From the sequence record OM718002.1: DNA of 64,000 nucleotides; one strand, given 5' to 3'. The position numbers were made by a program, and so were the translations under genes. This document shows, in pieces, positions 8,725 to 27,250 of the stretch. Within the stretch, counting starts at the first letter, position 1. Each line of letters begins with the position of its first letter. The notes under the pieces were generated by a model. The model was not told the DNA's origin. It saw only the letters and a program-made list of their open reading frames with translations, and made no database searches.

Positions 8725-8967
8725 TTAATTTACATCTTTCATTACAAAGCAACTACCATCATTAAAGACAATCTTAATTAGATTGTCAGTTAATGGTCGT
8801 TTATATACAACACATTTTACATCGGGGAGTTTAACTACTTCTTTTAAAGCATCTGGCATACCAATTAGATTAATGGTAGCTGCTACTTTATTTAGTGTGT
8901 CAAGATGTGAAATCAGCTCATGTGCTGACTTAACCAAATCTACCATTGTTTTGTCTTTATCTACCAT
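8725..8967 (-). CDS. hypothetical protein (about 80 aa; start reassigned to ATG 8967)
   Basis: ATG lies 1 nt after the upstream TAG (TAG-C-ATG); ORF track start 9021 is an upstream GTG. Confidence 0.7.
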   Translation of the reverse strand: MVDKDKTMVDLVKSAHELISHLDTLNKVAATINLIGMPDALKEVVKLPDVKCVVYKRPLTDNLIKIVFNDGSCFVMKDVN

Positions 8968-8968
8968 G

Positions 8969-9463
8969 CTAGTTACTCGATTTGATATATGAGGTACATA
9001 CATCGCCAAAGTCTTCACCACTAGTATCAGCTACAATTGCAACTGGCGACCATCGAGCGGCAACAGCCTCACATACACCGATCGAATTCACTCGACGAAT
9101 CGCATGAGCACCAGTATCAATTACACTGAAACTGAGTTCACTAATGATTTCCACTCCTTTTAGTTCAGCGCTACTATCAATAACTTGGGTACTAATTAGA
9201 TAGTTAGCTGTATCATTATTATACGCAAGTACTAGTCTAAAAACCATGAGGGAGTTATCATTATCGGTGATGCCAGCGACTAGCTCATGATTCGAAGTGA
9301 GTGTATAGATACAACTACTTTCTTGAGTGGTAATTGGTAATCCTGGTGAAGAACTATATACACTAGGTGCATTAGCTGTATGTAGTTCAAACTTATTTAC
9401 AGCGGAGTTAGGACCAGGAACTTTATAACCAATAGGTCGGGCAGTGAAGATTACAACGTTCAT
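8969..9463 (-). CDS. hypothetical early protein (164 aa)
   Basis: AGAGGA RBS; first gene downstream of TATATTAC promoter at 9509. Confidence 0.8.
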   Translation of the reverse strand: MNVVIFTARPIGYKVPGPNSAVNKFELHTANAPSVYSSSPGLPITTQESSCIYTLTSNHELVAGITDNDNSLMVFRLVLAYNNDTANYLISTQVIDSSAELKGVEIISELSFSVIDTGAHAIRRVNSIGVCEAVAARWSPVAIVADTSGEDFGDVCTSYIKSSN

Positions 9464-9508
9464 TATGATTCCTCTTTACTAGATAGTTATTTTCCTAATT
9501 ACACATTA

Positions 9509-9533
9509 GTAATATAAATCTCAAATTTTTTTT
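9509..9533 (-). promoter_or_regulatory. phiKZ-type early promoter
   Basis: Minus strand AAAAAAAATTTGAGATT-TATATTAC; TATATTAC is the published phiKZ early promoter motif; same upstream A-tract as the other two copies. Confidence 0.85.
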
Positions 9534-9546
9534 AATACGATATAAA

Positions 9547-9564
9547 GCCTCCCCGAAGGGAGGC
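9547..9564 (-). terminator. intrinsic terminator, UUCG loop (family B)
   Basis: Minus strand GCCTCCC-TTCG-GGGAGGC-TTTATAT. Confidence 0.85.
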
Positions 9565-9570
9565 AATATG

Positions 9571-10263
9571 TTAATTACCACTATAAGTACCTTCAGTACC
9601 CTGTTCTTTACGTCGTACGAAGCGTTGATGAATTGCACTAAGAGCACGGTCCATTGAATTAATCACTACCTGATTCTCTTCACATGCAAATGGGCCTGCT
9701 TGGTAACCTTCAAATAAATCTTTAACGATTTTAATTAGACAGTCAGCAGTTAGGCCATTTACACCAACTTCTGGAACAAGTCCATTCTGCATTAGGATAA
9801 CACATTCAGTCAGGTTATCACCAGGCATAGCAGCTGGGTTAGTCTGAGCATTATAACCAGTTACCACATAACGTTTAGTTGCACCTGATTTCTGGTCAAT
9901 GCCACTTGCTTCAATATTTAGACCATTTTCATCAAAATGTTCATGGCCATAAATACCTTGCATAGTTACCCATCCACCATCTTCTTGATAAATCCAATCT
10001 ACCCCATTTACATGATAAGTATCGCCTGGTTCAGGGTCAGCTGGAAGATCTTTAGTAGTGGTTAATGCACGGATACGCGCATATTCTTCAATTGCAATTT
10101 GTATATCAGTTGCAGTTATATTCTTCTCAGTTTCAGAAGCTTCGTCATGTTGTGATTTATCACTACCTTCCTTTTGGTCATTATCCATATCAGAAGCATC
10201 TACTGTACTTTTAGCTTCTTTACTTTCTAAGGAAGCTAACCACTCAAGATTAGGTTTAGACAT
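9571..10263 (-). CDS. Tad1-like anti-defence nucleotide-signal sponge domain fused to acidic N-terminal region (about phiKZ gp184 position)
   Basis: C-terminal ILMQNG..PEVGVNGLT..CLIKIVKD...YQAGPFACEEN...ALSAIHQRFVRRKEQGTEGT matches the Tad1 family pattern; GAGG RBS precedes Met at 10263. Confidence 0.8.
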   Translation of the reverse strand: MSKPNLEWLASLESKEAKSTVDASDMDNDQKEGSDKSQHDEASETEKNITATDIQIAIEEYARIRALTTTKDLPADPEPGDTYHVNGVDWIYQEDGGWVTMQGIYGHEHFDENGLNIEASGIDQKSGATKRYVVTGYNAQTNPAAMPGDNLTECVILMQNGLVPEVGVNGLTADCLIKIVKDLFEGYQAGPFACEENQVVINSMDRALSAIHQRFVRRKEQGTEGTYSGN

Positions 10264-10270
10264 ACTTACC

Positions 10271-10576
10271 TCAATAAATGAAACCACCAATGTAAAGTGA
10301 CACTACAACATCGGCAACCCGAGGGTCTTGTGAATATTTAGATTTGACTAGTTTAATAAGTTCGGCTCGATTTTTAATGAAGCCTAGTTTCTTATTATCA
10401 ATTTCTTCAGCTTCAATTAGGAAGTCATTTAACTTCTTCTTACTACCCAGTACATTAATCACCATTTGATCAATAACTGCATTAGTATTTGATAGTTTAG
10501 TTAACTCTTGTTCAAAAACTTCCTTACGTCCTTCTGATCCAATTAGAGCTAGACCGATCTTTTTAAGTAGAGACAT
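10271..10576 (-). CDS. hypothetical protein (101 aa)
   Basis: ORF with AGG RBS directly upstream of the Tad1-like gene. Confidence 0.8.
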   Translation of the reverse strand: MSLLKKIGLALIGSEGRKEVFEQELTKLSNTNAVIDQMVINVLGSKKKLNDFLIEAEEIDNKKLGFIKNRAELIKLVKSKYSQDPRVADVVVSLYIGGFIY

Positions 10577-10634
10577 GTTAATTACCTATTACATTGGTTT
10601 AAGAATGGTTACAATAAATAACTATTCCAAGTAT

Positions 10635-19395
<8,761 letters not shown>

Positions 19396-19470
19396 ATTAA
19401 ACTCCATTGACGATTAGTAAAGTATCATATCGTTGTTTAACTTAGTATTACCAAAATAGGAAAATAGAAA

Positions 19471-21123
19471 ATGAAGAAGGCATTAGTTCCTTTTAATATT
19501 TCTTTACTTATTCCTACTAAAGAACAATTAAAGTTCTTAGGTCAAGTAAAGAGTCATGAGATATTTGAAGGTTTAGGTGGTAACTTTCATGAAGATGGTT
19601 TGTTCTCTGTTTCCATTTTTGGAAGAGTTGGATCAACTGATCGTGAGAGTTTATTTGGATATATTCATTTAGGTTTAGAACTTATCCATCCAGCTGTATA
19701 TCGAAACTTAATTAAATTAAAAGCTTTCTATGAAGAAATTATTCTTGGTAAGGCATTTGCAGTATTTGACGAATCTATTAAAGATTTTATCCGCGCCGAT
19801 GAACTAACTGGTAAAACTGGTTATACATTCTTTTTTGATAACTGGAAACGAATTGACTTTGGGTCCACTAAGTCAGGGGTTCGGCTATCAAGGTTACAAT
19901 TAATCGAAAAATATAAAGATAACTGTATTTTTAAAGACATGCTTGTAACACCAGCCGCTTATCGTGATGCAGAGATTGATGAGAATAATCGTGTTGAGAT
20001 GGATGAGATCAATGAACACTATAGGTATCTATTAAATCAGTCGTTTGGTGTACCTGATAGCTTTGGACCAAATGATGACTTGAGTATCTATGATCGCAAA
20101 CGAGTAGCAATGCAAAACACCGTATTAGCTATTTATGAACATTATGAACGACTGCTATCCGGTAAACGTGGATACATTCAATCTAAATGGGCATCCCGTC
20201 GTATTGCCAATGGTACACGTAACGTCATTAGTTCGCTAGATACTAATGCTGCTGATCTTGATTCACCTAATCGACCAACATTCAAAGATGCCGTAGTTGG
20301 CTTACATCAAGCAGCTCGTTCAGTTGCACCGCGTACAATCTTTGCACTAAGGCAAGGTGTAGTTGGTGAAGTGTTTGATACAGTTACTAACACTGTACAG
20401 CTCATCAATAAGAAAACACTACGTTTAGAATGGGTTGATATCTCTAACGAAGATATGGATCTATGGGGAACTCCTGAAGGGCAAGAACAAATCATCAATG
20501 AGTTAGATGTCATTGAAAAACGTTCACGTGCAATTGAAATTGCTGATCATTATCTAGCCCTTATTTACGTTGATGATAAACAGAATTTTAAAATATTCCG
20601 CAACATCGATGAGTTACCTACTAATCTAAATAAGAAATTTGTTAGACCTATTACTTATGCCGAATTAGTTTACCTTAGTGGATTAAGTATGTGGCGAACA
20701 AACTCAGCGTTTGTTACACGATATCCTGTAGAAAACTACAATAGCTCTATCCCCTGTAAGATGTATGTTAAAACAACCGTAGTGGGTGAATTACGTTATC
20801 CGTTAAATGATCAATGGGAACGTGATGATACGTTGGAACCAGCCTTAGAATTCCCTGTGTTTGAATTAAATAAACCAGCCCAGTGGCATGACTCAGTATC
20901 CATCTCTCCTTCTATTCTCGCGCCATTGGGGGCGGATTTCGACGGGGACACTGTATCATTTAACGCAGTTTATTCAGAGGAAGCTATCGCTGAAACAGAT
21001 GCTTTCTTTAAGAAACGTATTGCATATATACATGCCGATGGTCGACTGGCATTTAGTGTTGGTATCCATACACTCAATTTAACTCTTCGGTACATGACTG
21101 GGGAACCCAAACAAAGGGATTAA
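19471..21123 (+). CDS. gp180: virion RNA polymerase beta'-like subunit (catalytic)
   Basis: Catalytic GADFDGD motif near C-terminus; GKRGYIQSKWASRR and VTRYP beta'-like motifs. Confidence 0.93.
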   Translation: MKKALVPFNISLLIPTKEQLKFLGQVKSHEIFEGLGGNFHEDGLFSVSIFGRVGSTDRESLFGYIHLGLELIHPAVYRNLIKLKAFYEEIILGKAFAVFDESIKDFIRADELTGKTGYTFFFDNWKRIDFGSTKSGVRLSRLQLIEKYKDNCIFKDMLVTPAAYRDAEIDENNRVEMDEINEHYRYLLNQSFGVPDSFGPNDDLSIYDRKRVAMQNTVLAIYEHYERLLSGKRGYIQSKWASRRIANGTRNVISSLDTNAADLDSPNRPTFKDAVVGLHQAARSVAPRTIFALRQGVVGEVFDTVTNTVQLINKKTLRLEWVDISNEDMDLWGTPEGQEQIINELDVIEKRSRAIEIADHYLALIYVDDKQNFKIFRNIDELPTNLNKKFVRPITYAELVYLSGLSMWRTNSAFVTRYPVENYNSSIPCKMYVKTTVVGELRYPLNDQWERDDTLEPALEFPVFELNKPAQWHDSVSISPSILAPLGADFDGDTVSFNAVYSEEAIAETDAFFKKRIAYIHADGRLAFSVGIHTLNLTLRYMTGEPKQRD

Positions 21124-21125
21124 TC

Positions 21126-24100
21126 ATGCGCTTAAATATTACACAGTTTCTGAAAAATTATAGTGTACGCGAATATGCTAAACTTCAGTCACCTAAGTTG
21201 CATGCTCTAAATAAACTTGATCTACCTTTCGAATCCATTTATCAGTTCTTCGATGGTAATAATGCAGTAATGGGTCCTAGTCAAACAGACCCATTATTCT
21301 CCAAACATCAAGGTAAAGTATATATTGAGCATGTTACTGATATGCTTACATTTGAAGGTAATCCACGTAGGACTTCAAATATCCCAGCAACAATGATTCA
21401 AGAGTTTCGCCGCCAGAACCGTTTCTTTAAACCTTTACGCAGTGATACCGGTTTTAAATTATCAAACCAGAACATTCTGGTAATGAATTATAATTTAATT
21501 AACCCTCAATGGAATTATATGGCTTCTTATAAAGCTACATGGTTCCGTTGGTCAAATGACATGCGTACATTCTGGAGTGGCGTAGCGGCTGCATGTGAAC
21601 GTTTTCCTGGTTGGAACCAGTTCATTGATGTACACTTACCTGAGTTAGTTCCACCTCCTTCTTCTTTTAATAAACTACGAGGGGGTTTAACTCAAGATCT
21701 AGCTAATCAATTCAATACACCTGATATTCTAAATATATTTGATTTAGTTCGCTGGGTTTCTGATGATCGTGAAAGTTCTTTCATGAATGTCATCGATGCT
21801 AAGTATTACGGTAACATTAATCTTTTATTCCGTGTACAAAGTTCATTCTTTGTTATTAACTTAGGGATGCTTGATCAATGGCGTCGTGATCCAGAAATTA
21901 AAGATGATAAAGGTTATGATACCCAGCAAATAGCTAGGCGCCTTATTTCACTAGTATCAGCGATGGTTGAATATAACCAAGGTAATACTTCATTAATTAA
22001 AGAAGATACGCCTATCTTTAATGAAGATATTATTGTTGATGAAGAAACTCCGGTTAGTTATGAAGAAGGTGAAGCAGAAGAGGTTGAGGATGTTGAGTCT
22101 AATAACGTTGAAGAAGAAGTAACTGAAGTTGATGTTATTGATGATGTTCAATTTGACCCAACCAACTTAACTAACTTAATTGATATTGGCGCAATTGAGG
22201 TAACATATACCCCACCACCAGAAAGTGATCTTGAGGTAACAAAGCTTATCATTGAAAAAGATCCACTGGAATCTTCACCTTCTCGCCAAATTAAAGAAGA
22301 GAAGGAACTCATTGTAACAGATGTACCAGAAGATGAGTTATTCATCAATACTGAAGTTGATGAAGAAGATAAACTAATCGATGCCATTAGAGCTAAAGCA
22401 TACGACATGTATCGCGTGAATATGATTTCTGCGAATACATTCGAGCAAGCTCAAGAAGATTCGATTATGTATCGTCGTCTACCTGATCCATTTACCGATC
22501 CTAATGATGAATCAGTAGAACCTATGACGATCGCTGAGGCGATGGAATATCATCCAGATGATCTTAAGATTCCAGAAGACACCACTTTTGAAGATAAGCC
22601 AACCATTGTTGATAAATCAATGTTGGGTAGTAAGTTAAAAGCCATCCAACGCAAATACAACAAGGTCTTATTAAAGAAAGATATTTTAAACAGTGTGTTA
22701 TCTGTTCAGAAACAAGGCGTATCAGTAACTAATTACAAAATTGAAACTGTACGCGATTCTGGTAACCATTACCAAATCCACAAAGTTACATTAAAGCCTA
22801 TTCGTGGTAGAAGTTCACAAGTAATGTTCCGTATCCCTGTCATTGATAATGACGGTAGGTTCATGTCTAATGGGGTAACATATCGCCAACGTTTACAACG
22901 TGCTGATATTCCAATTCGTAAAGTTAATCCACGTAAAGTTGCATTGACCTCTTATTATAATAAGACCTTTGTGACCAGATCTGAACGTGCTGAAAACAAC
23001 TTTGATAATTGGTTAATCAGAGCGATTACCAACCGTGCATTAGATGGAAGTGATATGTCTGTACATTCAGTTACCTATGCTGAATTAGATCAATCCAACT
23101 ATGTTCTACCAAGGGTGTACACTACTTTAGGAACAGCTTTTAAAGGCTTCCATAATCACCGTAATGTGTTCTATTTTAATTTCAAAGATCGTAATGAATT
23201 CTTTGCAAAACAAGGATTACATATCGAAGATTATGAAACTGATGATTTGATAATGGTGGGGTTCAATGGCACTGATGCTATCTTGTTAGATAAGAATTCC
23301 ATCTTTTACATGAAAACAGGTAATGAGCTAGAACCTATTGGTACCATTACAGATATACTTGGCTTAGATCTAACCAAAGCGCCGTTAGAAGCTATTCTAA
23401 TGTCAATTGGTGGTAAAGAGCTACCATTAGGTTTCATTTTAGCATATCACCATGGCTTAAACAATCTACTTAAGAAGTTGAATGTTAATTATCAGCGTCA
23501 TCAGCGTGGTACCAGGATTGTTGTCAATAGTACGGATTATACATTAGCGTTCGCTGATGAGATCCTAGTATTTGATCGAGCTGATTATAAAGCAATGCTT
23601 GTATTAAGTGGACTCAAACGTTATCATAAATCACTGCGGCGTTATTCTGTTTATGATTTCAATAAACGAGATGTTTACTTCAGGGTTCTTGAAGAAGCTG
23701 GATTAAGTAATAGATTTACACGTGATATTGATACACTCTTCTCAGCATGGGTCGATCCAATCACTGAGAGTCTACTCAAGGAGATGGGTGAACCAACTAC
23801 TTTTGAAGGATTGCTTTATCGGTCTGTCGAGTTATTAACGAACGACTGGAGTCCAGCAGAAGTAGATGGTGCATATATGCGCTATCGTGGTTATGAGCGC
23901 ATGGCAGGGGCTATTTTTAATGAACTCAATAGAGCGGTACGTGTATTTAATATGCGTAATGGTGGGTCAGTGCAAACTGTCGAGTTAGATCCACACGTGA
24001 TCTGGCGCAAGATTGTACAAGATCCGACAGTAGCCACTATTGAAGATTCTAACCCCATTGCAAATATCCGTGAACAAGAAGCGATGACTTATCGTGGAGA

Positions 24101-25481
24101 TGGTGGACGCGGTCCAACTTCAATGGTTGCACGTACACGTATTTACGGTGAAGCGGATGTTGGTGTGGTTAGTGAATCAACTGTGGACTCAGGTGACGTT
24201 GGTGTTATTGCTTACTTAGTACCTGATGCTAACTTTGTAAACATGCGTGGTGTTACGCGTATGTTTGATCCAAAGACAGATGGGCCAGCTAGACTACTCT
24301 CAACTAGTGCACTGCTTGGTGTTGCAACCGAACATGATGACCCTAAGCGAATTAACTTTATATCAATTCAGCAGCAGCAAGGTATTTATGCTGATGGGTA
24401 TACAGTTACACCAGTTCGTACAGGCTATGAACAAATCATAGCCCAAAGGACTAGTTCTATCTTTGCTGTAGCAGCAGAACAAGATGGTGAAGTTGTAGCT
24501 ATTGATGAATATGGTATCCAAGTTAAATATGCTGATGGTAATGTATTTGGATATCAATTAGGTACAGTTCATGGCACAGCAGCTGGTGTTAACTACCCAC
24601 ACATTCTTGTTACCTCATTAAAGAAAGGTGATAAGTTTAAACGTGGAGATACTATCACATATAACAAACGTTATTTCTCTGAAGATAGGTATACGCCTGG
24701 GCAAGTATTATGGAAAGCCGGTTGTATGGCTGTTGTAGCATTTGATGATAACCTTGACACTTTAGAAGACGGTTCAGTTATTTCTGAAGACCTAGCTAAA
24801 AGGTTAAATACTCAAACAACTGCAATCAAGAATATCGATGTTAGGTTTGATCAGACTATTCGAGATATGGTGAAAGTTGGGGATCATGTCGACTTAAATT
24901 CAATTCTATGTATAATTGAAGATCCTGAAACAGCTGCTCACTCACTATATGACGAGGCATCTATTGAGACATTACGCAAACTATCAGCATATTCGCCACG
25001 TGCTAAGCTCGTAGGTACAGTATCAAAGATTGAATGCTTCTATCATGGTGAAATAGACGATATGACACCAAGTTTACAAGCATTAGCTAATACGTCAGAT
25101 AAACAACGCGCTGAACGAGCTAAATCATTGAAAGAACCTACTTTCACTGGACAAGTAGATGCTAACTATCGAGTGAAAGGACGAGCCTTAGAATATGACC
25201 ACATGATTATTCGAGTGTATATCGATCATGATATCCCATGTGGTGTTGGAGATAAAGGCGTAGTAGCTAACCAGATGAAAACGGTATTCTCCCGTGTAAT
25301 GACTGGACGTAATGAAACTGAAGATGGCCGTAATATTGATCTACTATTCGGTAATACATCGGTAGAAGAACGAATGGTTCTATCTCCTAAAATCATTGCT
25401 ACAACAACTGGTATCTTGTGGGCAGCTGGAAAACATCTTGTAGCTGTATATAGAGGAAACACTAATGCAAAAGCTAAGTAA
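21126..25481 (+). CDS. gp178: virion RNA polymerase beta-like subunit (N-terminal part)
   Basis: 1451 aa; beta motifs TEHDDPKRINFISIQQQQ, DTLEDGSVIS, GVGDKGVVANQMKTV. Confidence 0.93.
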   Translation: MRLNITQFLKNYSVREYAKLQSPKLHALNKLDLPFESIYQFFDGNNAVMGPSQTDPLFSKHQGKVYIEHVTDMLTFEGNPRRTSNIPATMIQEFRRQNRFFKPLRSDTGFKLSNQNILVMNYNLINPQWNYMASYKATWFRWSNDMRTFWSGVAAACERFPGWNQFIDVHLPELVPPPSSFNKLRGGLTQDLANQFNTPDILNIFDLVRWVSDDRESSFMNVIDAKYYGNINLLFRVQSSFFVINLGMLDQWRRDPEIKDDKGYDTQQIARRLISLVSAMVEYNQGNTSLIKEDTPIFNEDIIVDEETPVSYEEGEAEEVEDVESNNVEEEVTEVDVIDDVQFDPTNLTNLIDIGAIEVTYTPPPESDLEVTKLIIEKDPLESSPSRQIKEEKELIVTDVPEDELFINTEVDEEDKLIDAIRAKAYDMYRVNMISANTFEQAQEDSIMYRRLPDPFTDPNDESVEPMTIAEAMEYHPDDLKIPEDTTFEDKPTIVDKSMLGSKLKAIQRKYNKVLLKKDILNSVLSVQKQGVSVTNYKIETVRDSGNHYQIHKVTLKPIRGRSSQVMFRIPVIDNDGRFMSNGVTYRQRLQRADIPIRKVNPRKVALTSYYNKTFVTRSERAENNFDNWLIRAITNRALDGSDMSVHSVTYAELDQSNYVLPRVYTTLGTAFKGFHNHRNVFYFNFKDRNEFFAKQGLHIEDYETDDLIMVGFNGTDAILLDKNSIFYMKTGNELEPIGTITDILGLDLTKAPLEAILMSIGGKELPLGFILAYHHGLNNLLKKLNVNYQRHQRGTRIVVNSTDYTLAFADEILVFDRADYKAMLVLSGLKRYHKSLRRYSVYDFNKRDVYFRVLEEAGLSNRFTRDIDTLFSAWVDPITESLLKEMGEPTTFEGLLYRSVELLTNDWSPAEVDGAYMRYRGYERMAGAIFNELNRAVRVFNMRNGGSVQTVELDPHVIWRKIVQDPTVATIEDSNPIANIREQEAMTYRGDGGRGPTSMVARTRIYGEADVGVVSESTVDSGDVGVIAYLVPDANFVNMRGVTRMFDPKTDGPARLLSTSALLGVATEHDDPKRINFISIQQQQGIYADGYTVTPVRTGYEQIIAQRTSSIFAVAAEQDGEVVAIDEYGIQVKYADGNVFGYQLGTVHGTAAGVNYPHILVTSLKKGDKFKRGDTITYNKRYFSEDRYTPGQVLWKAGCMAVVAFDDNLDTLEDGSVISEDLAKRLNTQTTAIKNIDVRFDQTIRDMVKVGDHVDLNSILCIIEDPETAAHSLYDEASIETLRKLSAYSPRAKLVGTVSKIECFYHGEIDDMTPSLQALANTSDKQRAERAKSLKEPTFTGQVDANYRVKGRALEYDHMIIRVYIDHDIPCGVGDKGVVANQMKTVFSRVMTGRNETEDGRNIDLLFGNTSVEERMVLSPKIIATTTGILWAAGKHLVAVYRGNTNAKAK

Positions 25482-25662
25482 TAATGTAGCACATGGTCAG
25501 AACATTGCTGTTCTTCATGCTGCTGTTAAACTAGGTACTCAAGCAATTCTACAATCGCTTGGTGGCACCACCAGCTCCCCATCTCTGAATGGGGAGTTTT
25601 TAACTGAGGCTGATATTGCAGCAGCTTTAAACGCTCGCTTAATGAAGAACCTCAATATCTAA
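25465..25662 (+). CDS. small hypothetical protein in vRNAP operon (65 aa)
   Basis: GAGGA RBS, overlaps the gp178 stop, ends just before the next RBS. Confidence 0.65.
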   Translation: MQKLSNNVAHGQNIAVLHAAVKLGTQAILQSLGGTTSSPSLNGEFLTEADIAAALNARLMKNLNI

Positions 25663-25673
25663 GGAGTGTTAAA

Positions 25674-27233
25674 ATGTTCTGTAAAGAAACCCAAGCTGCG
25701 ATTGTTGGCTCAGCACGTAGTCTAACTGAGGATAACCTTGTTCTAGTTATCCCTAATGAAACATATCCCCTTGCGGTCTTTGCAGATGGTTTCAGTGTAG
25801 ATGGCAACTCTAATAAAGTTGCCCTCTCTGAAGAGCTGGAAGCATCTGTAGAAGAGTTCTTCGAGGAAGCTAACCAAGAGCAACCTGTTAGTGTAGAAGA
25901 AGAGCAAGAAGCTCTGATTGCACATGTCTGCTCATCATTACAAAAGATCCAATTCAATACGCAGAATGTTATTTGCCCTGCAATTGAATATATGGTACGT
26001 GTTTTTAATGAGCGTCAAAGCATTAGTTGTCAACCAGATGTAAGCGCTACATTCTACCACTATAATGCAGTTCATAGTGATCCACGCTTAACTGCACACG
26101 TTAGTACACGATACAATAATTTACAGCCGCTACCTGAGTATCGTACCTTTATTCTAGAATCAATTGATGCTAATGAAATTATTCGGTTAGTGTCAATGGG
26201 TAATCCGCATCTAGATCAAACTGAAGTTGAAGAATGGCTACTATCTATTCCTAATAGTGCCGCTGTTATTGAAGGTGTGTGGAATTCTATCTTCAATGAT
26301 GGTCGTCTTCTCATTCCAGGTGAACTTGAATATGTTGTGGGTAGGTCCTTCCCATTCACTGTTGATTCACTAGCTCTGGCTTACATGATTTGCGGTCACT
26401 ACATCGATAACCCGGTTGAAGTTATTGGCGAGAGTGATGTTGACCTAGAAACATGGTCACTAACTATTCGTAAACTACATGAGATGTTTGGATTCTATCT
26501 CAAGCGTGCTTATGAACGTCGTCAAGCTGATCGCGATGCAGGTCTACTCATCCTAGCCTCAGAAGCTAATAATGTAGTTGCTAATTCTCGTTGCAAAGTA
26601 ATCATTAATGGTGATGTTGCACCTCAATTTGAATTAGCCGGTGGTGACATCCAAGCTATCCTTGGTGCAGCTGTAGCAGGTAGTAATAACATTTACCTAG
26701 AACAGATTCTTAATAACTCAGAACAGTTTATTCAACGTTGGCTATCAGTATATCCGCTGATTAAACAATCGGCTATGGATAAAGGTTTACGTAAACTACG
26801 CAATGACATTCATGAATCATTTATGGATGGTGTCATTAATACTGAACTTAAAGATCGCCATGTTAATGAACTCGAATATCGTATTAAAGAAGCAATGAGT
26901 ACGATGACGACTGAAGATCTTAAGAATCCTTATATCACCTTTGGTAAACTTATCTGTAAAACATTCTTTACAGAAAATGTTTACTGGCAATATCTGCTAG
27001 CAGTTGATGAATTTAGTCAAATGTATCCTGAGGCCACTCTACGTGAACTCAATACACAATCACTAATTTCACTAATGGCAGCATGGCTGTCTCAACAGAT
27101 TAAAGTTGAGCGGTTCACTGGTGTTGTTGATCCTTATGCAAAACTACCAGTAAAAGAAGTTATTGAAACTGTAGAAGATGATAGCACTGAAACTTTAGAT
27201 GATGTTGAAATCGAAGAAGAAGTTTCTAATTAA
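25674..27233 (+). CDS. gp177: virion head-associated protein (phiKZ gp177-like)
   Basis: 519 aa, AAGGAG RBS; synteny between gp178 and gp176. Confidence 0.8.
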   Translation: MFCKETQAAIVGSARSLTEDNLVLVIPNETYPLAVFADGFSVDGNSNKVALSEELEASVEEFFEEANQEQPVSVEEEQEALIAHVCSSLQKIQFNTQNVICPAIEYMVRVFNERQSISCQPDVSATFYHYNAVHSDPRLTAHVSTRYNNLQPLPEYRTFILESIDANEIIRLVSMGNPHLDQTEVEEWLLSIPNSAAVIEGVWNSIFNDGRLLIPGELEYVVGRSFPFTVDSLALAYMICGHYIDNPVEVIGESDVDLETWSLTIRKLHEMFGFYLKRAYERRQADRDAGLLILASEANNVVANSRCKVIINGDVAPQFELAGGDIQAILGAAVAGSNNIYLEQILNNSEQFIQRWLSVYPLIKQSAMDKGLRKLRNDIHESFMDGVINTELKDRHVNELEYRIKEAMSTMTTEDLKNPYITFGKLICKTFFTENVYWQYLLAVDEFSQMYPEATLRELNTQSLISLMAAWLSQQIKVERFTGVVDPYAKLPVKEVIETVEDDSTETLDDVEIEEEVSN

Positions 27234-27250
27234 ATTATCTTAATGGTTAA

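Noticed and set aside
19471-25481. Introns or inteins in the RNAP subunit genes
   Set aside because: Both ORFs are continuous with sizes matching uninterrupted subunits; no intein C/HN motifs or group I intron interruption seen
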